Notes under the pieces: generated by a model
Database searches by the model: none
What the model saw: only the letters and a program-made list of their open reading frames with translations
Told to the model about the DNA's origin: nothing
Translations under genes and position numbers: made by a program
Origin: Tetramitus jugosus
Taxonomy: Eukaryota; Protista; Heterolobosea
Length of the DNA: 64,000 nt
NCBI GenBank assembly: GCA_937625935.1
Contig: OW569368.1
Span: 248,001 to 312,000, forward strand
Direction: 5' to 3'
In this document: piece by piece, positions 33,742 to 44,521 of the stretch
How the letters are laid out: each line of letters opens with the position of its first letter
How positions within the stretch are numbered: position 1 is the first letter of the stretch

Positions 33742-34504
33742 ATGAACAAGGAAGTACTATTCATATTGACAAATGTCGATAAGATGAAAGACGGAACTGA
33801 TAAACCAACAGGGTAGCGTATACCTTTCTTTGAATTGTGTCCCACTTCAATACACTAACACGCATCACAGAACTACCATCTTTTCCTTAGCTGAAGCGTA
33901 TCAAGTGTTCACTAAGCATGGCTTTTCGGTTGCTTTTGCATCTCCCCGTGGTGGGCCATGTCCTATCGATCAACACTCGATTGATCATCATGGAAAGGAG
34001 GAGTCATGTGCCCAGTTTCTCTCCAATCAAACTGTCATGAATCAAATGAAAAACTCGTGTGCCATATCAGGAATCACAAGTCACGATCTAGCGAGGTATA
34101 AAATGATATTTATTCCTGGGGGAATTGGTCAATTGTGGGACATTGCTTATTCTCAAGATGTGACAAATCTCATTGCACAGCTGTACGAGCACTATGGAGT
34201 CACGATTGGAACAGTTGGTCATGGTCTTTGTGCTCTTTTGAATGCTAAACTTAGCAACGGGAAGTATATTTTGGAGGGAAAGACCGTGACAGGATTTACG
34301 AATGAAGAAGAGCAAGATAGTTCCACTTTGAGCAATGTACCATTGACCCTAGAGGATGAAGTTGAAAAGAGAGGAGGAAAGTTTGTCCACCAAGGTAAAT
34401 GGAAAACCTGTACACAAAAGTGTGATGGAATCATCACGGCTCAGAATCAGAGATCCTCAGCTGAAGTAGCAGATCAAATGTGCCTCAAAGCCGGATCTGC
34501 TTGA
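33742..34504 (+). CDS. DJ-1/PfpI (Hsp31/glyoxalase III-like) family protein, 2 exons (intron 33813-33870); catalytic residues substituted
   Basis: ASPRGG, IFIPGG, GKTVTGFTNEEE and ITAQN motifs. Exon 1 is MNKEVLFILTN...KPTG. Confidence 0.88.
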
Positions 34505-34513
34505 AACCACTGA

Positions 34514-34555
34514 TGAATATACTCATTGGTAAATGGAAAACCTGTGAATATACTC
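34514..34555 (+). repeat. 11-bp direct repeat TGAATATACTC flanking an 18-bp copy of upstream coding sequence
   Basis: TGAATATACTC at 34514-34524 and 34545-34555; GGTAAATGGAAAACCTGT at 34528-34545 is identical to 34394-34411. Confidence 0.85.
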
Positions 34556-34922
34556 CAATAAACTAATTTGAGATCAAATTTCTTCTGTTGACAGAAGCTT
34601 AAGCATAAATCGATATGGCAGTTGTACGAGTGTTGTTGGTGAGCTCAACATGGCCAATAATGTGCTTTTTGGGAAAGTTGAAGAAGAACCACGTCCTCCA
34701 ATCAAGATGAAGAGCAAACAAAGTTCGTGATCTGATTATTGACACAGTGACAAGTTTCTGTAGGAGAATTCTTGGGTCGGCTGCGGTGTGAATTCGCCAC
34801 AACCCAGAACTATTCACACCGCAGCTTCCCCGATTCCAACAGGGGAAATTGCTGCTCGGAGAGATCACCAGATAAACAAACAAGATATTTTGAATTCGAA
34901 TTGGCTGTTGTTGCAGAGCAGT

Positions 34923-37900
34923 ATGAAAGTTTTTGTCAATATCATGAACTGGTTGCAATCCACCATGGTTGTGGTGGTGGCAATGGTGATAATGATGACG
35001 ATGACGTCGATAGTTGTTGCAACAATGTCGTCAGACAATTGTCCAAAATGCTACCGCGGCACAGAATCCAGTTGCTCATCACAGTGGTGGTCATCCGTCA
35101 ATCATGACTATGGATATACGAATCTGGCATCGAGTTGGTGTCCCCATCAGAATGCCTTCTCGAGTCGATTCAGACTGTTGAGTGATGTGTCTCTGGCAAG
35201 TTTAAACAACAAGGAATCGTCATGGATGGCAGAGGAGAGAAACTTGATCTCATGCATAAGCAACAACGAACAGCAGAAGCAGAACAATACGGATGAAATT
35301 TGTGCTAGTATTGTTGCAATCCGATCTGGAGGCCCAATAGCACCGAAATCACTTGTCATTGCATTTGTCACTGGTGAGATTGTGTTGTTGGATACTGAAT
35401 CGCAGAATAATACAGTACTTCCTTTGGCTGATAAATTCAGAGATTCGACAGAGAGGTGCATTGGATTAGAATTTAGAAATGTTTTATTGTTGGTCAGCTT
35501 CAGCGAGAGTAGTGACAGATATCGCATAACATTCAACCTGTTGCTAAACAAGAAACAAGTTCATTATGATTTGATGAAGGAACCAGGTGTTAAGGTTTTA
35601 AGTATGAAAGTGATAGAGAATACCAATCATACGATAGCAGCGGTCCTCGTCCACTACCATCAAGAACATAGAGCAAAGATATTGTTTTTGCATTTGAGAT
35701 CGCTACAGATTGTATTGGAGCAAACTTGGAATATCTTACCTTCATCTCCAGGTGTGATCTCACTAGAATCAATCACGATAGAGCAATTTGTTCACTACAG
35801 TAACTTTAGCTCATCGCGTCCTGCTATGCAATCGCAACATAACAGAGAGAGTTCAGATATAGTAGCCCGAGCCATGATTGTCATATCTGATAATACTCAA
35901 GTGAGGATTTTTGAATATTGGATGCAGGACTTGACGATAGACCTATCCGACAGAGATTCAACTCAGAGTATTCAGAGCACATTTTATCGAGCAGAACATG
36001 GTCAAACAGTTACAGCTGCCCATGTGTATACAGATCCAATACGGCGACCTTTGAGTTCAAATTTTGCCAGTGTTGAGTACTCTCAGTTAACTTGTGAAGA
36101 GCCTATCCTTCAATCTTCTTTGTCTGTCTACATTGTCGTAGGATTATTCAACGAGAATACCAATACGAGTTGGATCCTAGAATATCTGTCAGCCGATTTT
36201 TCTCGTTTTTCCACTGGTACAAATTCTGATCCCTTCAATCCAACTGGTCGTTCTAACTATTTCCCTTGCAGACCCAATGAATATTACAACAGCGAATCTG
36301 ATGAGTGTGAAACGCCTCCATCTCATCAACTAGAGGTACCAAAGAAGATCAATTTGTTTAAAACTGCTCACATGGACGTACCACAACAGTTAAATAACAT
36401 GGATACCTACCACTCTGGTATGCTGATCCCGGATACGCTGTGTCAAAATCTGCGGGACTTTGCGCCATACAACGACTGGATAACGAAAAACACACCAGCT
36501 TATAATTGGGCCCAGCAATGTCATACAATAGTACAAGATATGCAATGTGACATTGATGTGTTGAATGGAAATGTGGCTAACACTCTCGGACTTCTCGATG
36601 CCTTCTTCTATCAATATTGGAAGACACAAATCATTGCATTGGATGAAGCTCAAACAAAATTAACTTCATTATCACACTCAATGGCTTTCGATGGATTATT
36701 TGGTAACTTCTCCCTAAGTATCTCCACGACATTAGAATCACCCGGGAGAATTACTGATGTGTACTTCTCTCCCAATGGGATGCACTTGTTTACTTCGATT
36801 ACTCGTCCTCGATGGCATATTGAGTCCATGGCTCGTCAAGTGGAGATTTGTAATATGTGGAGAACTAACCAGGCTGACCCTTTTCTTGCTCCATTTGGTG
36901 AAAGCTGTATCACATCTCCGCCAAAGTTGATCGAGTACAATGATTTTGCACTGGTAGCCTCGTCTTGTCAGGATCATGTCTATTGCCCTTCCTTTATTCA
37001 AACAACTCGAAATACTGTCCCAGAGGGCAAGTTCATCTATCGAAGTTTTCTTCTGGTTGATTGTCCCAAGGGAAGCTACTGCAGTGACGGAATTCGGCTT
37101 ACCTGCCCACCCGGCTTGATTTGTGATGGAAAAGCGCTCCCTGCCCCTCATCAGTGTCCCGTATCAAAATATGGAAGCCAGCACAATCGCCAAACATGTT
37201 ACGCTCCCGGTCTTGCATCTCCAATGGCTCTGCCAACTGGCACCTGGGCAGCTACATCTGTATGTAGTAACCTCTGATTTGTCATTTTTCTGTTTGTCTC
37301 TTCTAACATGTCGTTACTGTATGTCAGACCTTTCCTGCGATACCAATACCACCTGGAAAATATTTATTGAAATCAGAACATGGAGCAGGCATTAAGACTT
37401 GCGATTCAAACTACTATTGTCCTCTCGCTCGGCAAGTTGACTTGGAGAGTGGAGAAAATCCTTCGAAGCTACTATGCCCTGCTAACACTTACTGTCAGAA
37501 TAACTCAATCATACAACCGACAATATGTGATATAAACAATGGAACAATGGTATACTGCCCAGCAGGTTCTACTAACGAGCCACTCTGTCCTGCTGGGTTC
37601 TTCTGCTCCTCAATGCAAACTAAGATCAAATGTAATATGACCCAGTATTGCCCAGCTGGTAGCTTTGCGTTTTCTGTCTGCCCCAAGGGCTACTACTGTC
37701 CAGACCCATCCATGCGTGTCTACTGTCCTAAGGGTCATTATTGTCCTGCAGGAAGTGTGAAACCAAAACGATGCAATCCCTTTATCTCATCCTGTCCATC
37801 AGGATCTTCCAAAAACTCCCTTGTTTCGGTGGGTGTATCAGTCATACTTCTCGTCTTGCTATTTATTCTTGCTTGTCATTTCTGCTTCGCATGCTATTCG

Positions 37901-40058
37901 AGGTGGTACCAAACAAGAGACAAAAGCACGAAAAAGTCTTACCACTCTTTAAACGATGACCCGACAGAGCACCTACCAATACTTCAAGTTAATGCTGTTT
38001 CCTACGATGTAGAGCAGGTAGTTAGTGAAGCCAAACATACCAAATTCAATTTGGATCTCCGATTTGAGAACCTGGGTCTCATCGTCAATAGTACAAATCA
38101 AACAGTATTACAAGGAGTAACTGGAGAGATGAAACATGGTCAATTAACTTGCATACTTGGAGAATCAGGTTCAGGAAAGAGTTCGTTCATTACCACACTT
38201 GCCTGTCGTGCCTACTACGGACGAACCACAGGCGATATACTCATTAATGGAAAGAAAGGTAATTTGGCTAAATATAACAAATCAGTAGGATTTGTGAGAC
38301 AAGACGATATCATGCATAGAGAGATGACTGTTGAAGAAACACTCTACTTCTCTGCAAGAACAAGATTAAATTGGATGTCCCATAAGGACATCCAATCAAT
38401 TGTGGACAACGTGATTGATGTACTGCGATTGAATAATATCAGACATCAAAGGATCGGTGACGAAGAAAAGAGAGGAATCTCAGGTGGGCAGAGGAAGAGA
38501 GTAAATGTTGGAATTGAGCTCGTTGCTCAACCATTGGCATTAATGCTTGATGAACCTACATCTGGTTTGGATTCAGCATCATCAAAAGAATTGTGTGAAG
38601 CACTACAAACAATCGCTCACTCTGGTGTGAACACAATTTGCGTCATCCATCAGCCGAGATATGAAATCTTCCAAATGTTCGAACAACTATTGCTATTGGG
38701 CAATGGTGGTCGTACAGTCTACTTAGGACCGGTCAATGAAGTTGAAGACTACTTTGATAGTATTGGCTACACGTTCCCTCCTAAGCTTAACCCTGCAGAC
38801 TACTTGCTGGATATTACGTCTGGCAATGTGTTACCATCGAAGAAACCTGCATTGGAACTTTCGGTTCCTGTAAATTCAGCTAATCTGCCCAAGATTTGGA
38901 AAGAATATGAGGCTAGGCAACAGTTACAGAGCACTTCTACTCATGCTGAAGTGATAGAATATGACCACGTACCAAAATACGTGAAGCCCTCTCAATCCCT
39001 AATATTACAATTCTACATGTGTCTCAAGAGGGCTTTAATTCAACAAATGAGATCAATCCCTCAACTCTTAACGGATCTCTTCTTGGTGATGTTGGGTGCT
39101 TTGATTATAGCAAACTCGTTTAAAGATCGATATTTTGTTGGACCTGTTGCGAAACAACTGAGTGATATGTGCCCGTCTCAAATCAGATTTTTGTGTGAGG
39201 TGCCATTGTCCGATCCAATTCGACCCATTGTTACGATGATACTCTTGGCGATTGGACTGGTCGGAGCAATGTCAGGACTAAGAACATTTGGAAAAGAACA
39301 GATCATTTTCAAGAAGGAGAGTGAGTCTGGGCTAAACACATTCGCCTATTTTATTGCGAAGGACATATCATCTCTACCAAGTGTGATTTTAGCCCCGATT
39401 GTTTTTTCAACAGTGCTCTGTACACTGCAGGTAAGTATTTCAAATTGTAATTGTTGGTGATGCATTTTCTCATTCTTTTACTCTCTCAAATAGCAACCAA
39501 GAGCTCCTTTCTATGAGTATTGGTACTCGCTAACTCTGATCTATTGGGTTGCATTTGGTCTCGGATACATTGTCAGTCTAACCTTCAACTCTCAAATCGC
39601 TCAACTTGCTGCCGTTGTGATTGTGATTATGCACAACACAATGAATGGTATATCCCCAACATATCCTGAGGTCAAGAAGATGGCATTCCCACTCAATGTT
39701 TCTCCTTTTGTTAATTTCTTGTTTTACGGTATGTAATGTAACATTTTCAAAATTGTGAATGAACAATTTCTAACTGTATTTTGTAATAGCACAACAAATT
39801 CTGTACATTCACGAGCTGAAAGAGTACAGTTCAATTTATGATACCCGTTGGGTTTACGATCTTTTTGGTCTGAAAAATCAAAATCTTTTGAGAGGATTCC
39901 TGTCATTAGTTGGTATTGGTATAGCCTTTAGGTTCATAACCTATGTGCTCCTCTTCTCGACAAAACCGAATAATTGGTTCTACCGTTTGGCGCAACGAAT
40001 GAGGGGGTGTCTGCCCAAAAGAAGATCGCTTTTCCAAGAATCTAACTTTACAAAATAA
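34923..40058 (+). CDS. ABCG (White-family) half-transporter with a very large N-terminal ectodomain and Cys-rich repeats, 4 exons (introns 37260-37327, 39431-39493, 39729-39789)
   Basis: Walker A GESGSGKS, signature ISGGQRKRV, LDEPTSGLD, IHQPR, and C-terminal TM helices. CPxGxYCPxGS repeats and one TM precede the NBD. The introns restore the frame. Confidence 0.88.
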
Positions 40059-40175
40059 TTATGTCGCGGATCATTTACAATTTTTACTTAATCCGAGTTT
40101 TTTTAGGATCCAGAACCTAATACTATTTCACACACAGCTCCAATACAATTTCACAAAAAGAAACAAACACACAAA

Positions 40176-40562
40176 ATGCCAACAATTATTTCATCGAATC
40201 AAAGATCTGTCTCTCCAAGACCTTCCTCCCAACCATCGACCTCAATCGTGACAGTACAAGAAGGGTCGGCTTCTCTAGATACAACGCAGTCGACCAATGC
40301 GCGGACGTCTCCTATAACTGTTCAAATGAGATTGCCCGTGCTTCCCCGTAGAAGACGTTCGTCCAGAAGTTATCCCAGTATTTCGGAACTCTTTGGAGAA
40401 GAACCCACAAGCCTCAACAACACTGCCCTTTCTTCGGTTGACTGGCATATGGTCGGGAGTGGGGAAGAGGAGGATTTATCAGGTTTGATCTGTTCCACTT
40501 CGAGAAATCAATGCTTCGTGTCTGTCCATCCTCATGATTGTCCTTTCTATCAATCCTATTAG
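40176..40562 (+). CDS. Small Ser/Thr-rich hypothetical protein with a C-terminal Cys/His cluster
   Basis: A/C-rich leader, aaaATG context, a 128-aa ORF, and AATAAA downstream. Confidence 0.55.
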   Translation: MPTIISSNQRSVSPRPSSQPSTSIVTVQEGSASLDTTQSTNARTSPITVQMRLPVLPRRRRSSRSYPSISELFGEEPTSLNNTALSSVDWHMVGSGEEEDLSGLICSTSRNQCFVSVHPHDCPFYQSY

Positions 40563-40633
40563 GGTGACCAGCATCGATTCAAAGCCAGCAACACTGAATA
40601 ATAAATTGCCGTATTATTGTTTGCTGTTTTCAA

Positions 40634-42550
40634 CTAGTTGAACGAAATTTTATTTGTGATAAAACTTTTGAGCTTGAATGCAAGGGCACGAGGTGTTGCA
40701 CTGCCATCGGAATTCACTGTGGCAGTGTTGCTGTTGTCTGTCATTGTTGCTGCAGAGAGATTCAAGCGAGGGATGAGCATCTCCTTGAACAATTTTGATG
40801 CCTTAAATCTGTGGTACGTGTCAGTCATGCACACTTCGACTGAGCTCTTGATCGATTTCAGCAAGTCCTTGAGATTGTCATCAATAGGACTGGAAGTCTT
40901 TCTCTCACAGGCCAGAATTCTGTTTCGAACTCTGTTGACTGCATACATGTCAATGTTGAGGGAGTTTGGAGACTTGGGACAAATGTACTCTGCGTACACC
41001 TTCTTTGCATGAATGAGTCTCTGCTTCTTGTTTGACCACTTCTCATACTGCACGCACTCATTCCAAAAGTCAATATTCTCTGTGCTGAGCTCGGATTGAC
41101 AGAAGCGATGGAAAACGGATCGATAATGATCATTGGTCAAGATATCCGTGATGGTCAGTTGTTGTGCCAGTGTTTCAATAGACAACTGTTCACTCAATGA
41201 GCTCATACTCTCCTCTGCAGAAACTGATGCCATGTCAGTGATAGTTCGGCTAACACTGAGCGGAGATTTTGGATTGGAGACAATTGTGAACTTTTGGTCA
41301 GGTGAGATGGCAGAGAGAACGAGTGCATGTTTGGAAGAGTCAGACAATCTACTCTGCTTCTTTGAGCTCTTCTTCTTCAACGACCTCACTCTCAAGTGTT
41401 GAAACAGGTTCTTACTTGGTGTCTTGCTCTGTTTTGATGATGATTTTGCAGGAGAGGAGATCTTCTTGGTCGATGACTCAGTGTTGGTTCTCCTCAGAAC
41501 AGAAGTCATGGGAATACTGCCAAACGATCTACTTCGAGTCAATTTCCCACCAGTTGTCGAATCACTGTTATCACTCTTGAGGTTTGCATGATTCAAATTG
41601 TCCATGAAACTGTTGAGTTTGGAAGTACTACTGCTTGCAAATCCGCCCATTGATAGTCGACTCAATGGAGTAGGTGGATGACTGGGCAACGCAGGAGCGC
41701 CATCATCAGACAACAGAGACAAATCCAAAGTGGTCACAGGTGAAGAATCGAAATTGATCTTCTTGGCAATGATGGTATCAGATTGTACATCATCATCATT
41801 GTCATCTACATTGTCATAATAAGAGTCCTCTCTCGTCAAAATCTTGTAATTGCTCACAGGTGTAGATTGTGCTTGAGCTTCCTCCAATGTCTTTGTTGGC
41901 AAGGGTGTTCCACCAATGAGTAGCTTGTGAGCCTTTCTGGCCACGACTAAATCACCGTACGAGGAAAGAGCCATGACTTGACTACCGTTGTTATGATTGG
42001 GATGTAGCTGTTGTTGTTGTTGAGAGGTTGAAGCTGGCAACTGGGATTGAATGGTTTGGAATGAGGAAGTGCATGTGCGAGGTGTGGTGGTGGTGGTGCC
42101 ACTTGTGTGCAACTTGTTCTTCAAGTAAGATGGTGTGTAAACAATCTTTGGAGTGATTGGTGATCTGATATTGGCTGCTCTAGAGGAATGGGAAGGTATC
42201 GTTGGTTCACCCATCAATACTCGATATGCTTTATCACTAATGTGGAGTGAGGAAGCTCCATTATGCATCGTCTTGAATCCAGATGAAGTTCTCGATTGGT
42301 TGTGAGCCAAGAGTGGAGATCGTGCGAGTGAGGGTGACGATGCTTTGGTTTTGGATTGTTTGGTAATGGGAGTACCAATTGGACTGAGCTTCAAGGATGA
42401 TGGTTGAGGAGATTTGAGTCTATTGGGAGATGCTCTTGCATGAATATTTTCTTTCCAGTTGTCTCTGGAGGAAAGACCTCCTGATATGGCAGGAGAGAGA
42501 ATCGCTCCAGAACGTTTTCTGGAGGGGGTGAGTTGATTGCTGTTGTGCAT
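40634..42550 (-). CDS. Regulator of G-protein signalling (RGS domain) protein
   Basis: C-terminal RGS box FHRFCQSELSTENIDFW...YAEYICPKSPNSLNID...DTYHRF, with a disordered SP/TP-rich N-terminus. Confidence 0.9.
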   Translation of the reverse strand: MHNSNQLTPSRKRSGAILSPAISGGLSSRDNWKENIHARASPNRLKSPQPSSLKLSPIGTPITKQSKTKASSPSLARSPLLAHNQSRTSSGFKTMHNGASSLHISDKAYRVLMGEPTIPSHSSRAANIRSPITPKIVYTPSYLKNKLHTSGTTTTTPRTCTSSFQTIQSQLPASTSQQQQQLHPNHNNGSQVMALSSYGDLVVARKAHKLLIGGTPLPTKTLEEAQAQSTPVSNYKILTREDSYYDNVDDNDDDVQSDTIIAKKINFDSSPVTTLDLSLLSDDGAPALPSHPPTPLSRLSMGGFASSSTSKLNSFMDNLNHANLKSDNSDSTTGGKLTRSRSFGSIPMTSVLRRTNTESSTKKISSPAKSSSKQSKTPSKNLFQHLRVRSLKKKSSKKQSRLSDSSKHALVLSAISPDQKFTIVSNPKSPLSVSRTITDMASVSAEESMSSLSEQLSIETLAQQLTITDILTNDHYRSVFHRFCQSELSTENIDFWNECVQYEKWSNKKQRLIHAKKVYAEYICPKSPNSLNIDMYAVNRVRNRILACERKTSSPIDDNLKDLLKSIKSSVEVCMTDTYHRFKASKLFKEMLIPRLNLSAATMTDNSNTATVNSDGSATPRALAFKLKSFITNKISFN

Positions 42551-42768
42551 CTACGTATTGATGTTGTTGCTGTTGTTGTAGTTGTTTGGATATGTACAAT
42601 AGAGTGGTTGTTACTTGTTGTTGAAAGTGCTGTGGTGGCTGCTGACAGGGTTGCGTTTGGGACAGACGTCACAAGAACGAAATAACGGTAACCAAGGATT
42701 CTCTAGAAAAAGTGCCATCTGTCTGTAACGGTAAATTTTTTTTCGAGTTTCGCGGTTTTTCTTCTCCT

Positions 42769-44382
42769 TTATTGGTCCGGATGTCTCGTCAACCATTCCA
42801 GATCGAGCTTAGGTATGTCTACAGGATTGTATGTATACTCAGTTTCCACTCCATCGTAAGCACTCATATCATCCTTGTAAATGTCATTTCGTTGCTCTTG
42901 ATCAGCTGATACAACGTATCGACTCGTCTGTTCGTCATCAGAGGAGAAGTAATCGGAGTGATATTCTTCTTCCCGTATTTCTTCTCCAAGAGACTTCTCT
43001 CCATCATATGAATCGAGTTCTGGTCTAACGTGTGGTGGGGAGGAAATCAAATGTCTTTCTCTGGGAGATGAAGAATGGAGTGGAGGAGGAGAATATATCT
43101 CATTTGCTGTTTCCAAGTGATCAAACTCCACCACAGCGTTTTCTCCTGATGTTTCAGCACTTTCAAACTCGTTGATACTCCTTTTGAAGGAAAAAGAATG
43201 GCTGTAATCATTCTCTAAGTCATCATCGGAATAATCTATTGGGAGAACTTCAGAACTTGTTGTATGACTTCCAGTCTCTTCTGGTGGACTATCATAGTCC
43301 AGTTTACTAGGCTGAAATCCCTCTTGTCTGAAAATTCTCGAAAAAGCATGTCTTGAGTTATCATCTTGGAACATCTTCTCTTGCACTGTCTTTTCTTCAC
43401 TATCATCCTCGAAAGAGAACTTCTCCACTTCTTCTTCAAAATAACGTCTTGATTCCTGCTTCTGGATCATTTCCTTCTTTTTCAGAGCACTGGACAGCAA
43501 ATTACGATGGAATTTAGTTTCTCTCAATAGTACATATTGCTGAATCTTCGGATCCCTTCTTCTATGGTGGGCTGGCACTTCTTCTGGCATTAATGTATAG
43601 AAGTAAAATTTCCCTTTTGAATTCTTCGCATCTCGAAACGCTTTGTAGTGAATTAATATTATGATAAGGTATTCGTACAACTCAAGCTTTCCGTCTCTGA
43701 ACAGGTTGTTTTGCGGAGATAAGAGCTGCTTCTGATTTAGCATTTGATTTCGTTTCTTCAAGAGAGAATTCAACTCTCTTGAACAATTATCTATCAATGC
43801 TTTCGGTTGGTCCAACAAGACCTTCTTTGTTAGAAAAGAGATTCTTTGACCTGGTATGTACTGAGAGACGTTTCCCACTTTTCTTTGCCTTCTTTTGTTT
43901 TCGAAGGGGAATCTGTTTCCTGTGACGCACTCCTTCAATGTCAAAAACCTAACATGAAGAAAGAACATTAAATCGATTGCTGAATAGTATGGAGTCAAGA
44001 ACAAACCAAATAATTCCACTTGCTTGTTCGAAAACCGATAATGCTTCACTGACTCCAACAATTCAAATGCTGCTTGCTTCACAAGTGAGTCCAATCCAAA
44101 CTTTTTGGAAACAAAGTTGAAAACAAACGAAGAGAATGTCTCCACACTTCCATCTAGACTGGCAATCTCATTTAAGAAGCATTGATATCTACTATTGTAC
44201 ACTTCGTCGATAAACCGAAGTACCCAATCTAAACTTCTTATGGATGGTTGTGGAGATTCTTTAGTCCATCGATGAAACACAGTGGGCTCAACATTCCCGT
44301 CCACCATTTCATGGAGATTTGAAATGTGATGAACATTCGGTTCCGAAATACTCCTGATCAACTTTTCTGATTCTTGATACAT
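42769..44382 (-). CDS. Hypothetical protein with a TSNAXIP1-like helical domain and an acidic tail (possibly a 3' exon of the RasGAP gene)
   Basis: WVLRFIDEVY...FSSFVFNFVSKKFG...VELFGLFL resembles the helical domain of TSNAXIP1-like proteins (from memory). D/E-rich C-terminus. Confidence 0.5.
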   Translation of the reverse strand: MYQESEKLIRSISEPNVHHISNLHEMVDGNVEPTVFHRWTKESPQPSIRSLDWVLRFIDEVYNSRYQCFLNEIASLDGSVETFSSFVFNFVSKKFGLDSLVKQAAFELLESVKHYRFSNKQVELFGLFLTPYYSAIDLMFFLHVRFLTLKECVTGNRFPFENKRRQRKVGNVSQYIPGQRISFLTKKVLLDQPKALIDNCSRELNSLLKKRNQMLNQKQLLSPQNNLFRDGKLELYEYLIIILIHYKAFRDAKNSKGKFYFYTLMPEEVPAHHRRRDPKIQQYVLLRETKFHRNLLSSALKKKEMIQKQESRRYFEEEVEKFSFEDDSEEKTVQEKMFQDDNSRHAFSRIFRQEGFQPSKLDYDSPPEETGSHTTSSEVLPIDYSDDDLENDYSHSFSFKRSINEFESAETSGENAVVEFDHLETANEIYSPPPLHSSSPRERHLISSPPHVRPELDSYDGEKSLGEEIREEEYHSDYFSSDDEQTSRYVVSADQEQRNDIYKDDMSAYDGVETEYTYNPVDIPKLDLEWLTRHPDQ

Positions 44383-44521
44383 AGGTTGAGGTACACAAGA
44401 GATCTGGTGTAATTTTTTGCAGTTCTTTAGCAGAAGAGGACCATGCTGTAAATGCAGCTAATGTCCGACGCTGTAACGGTTCTAATGATCGCATCCGCCA
44501 ATAGCAAAGATAAAAATTGTT

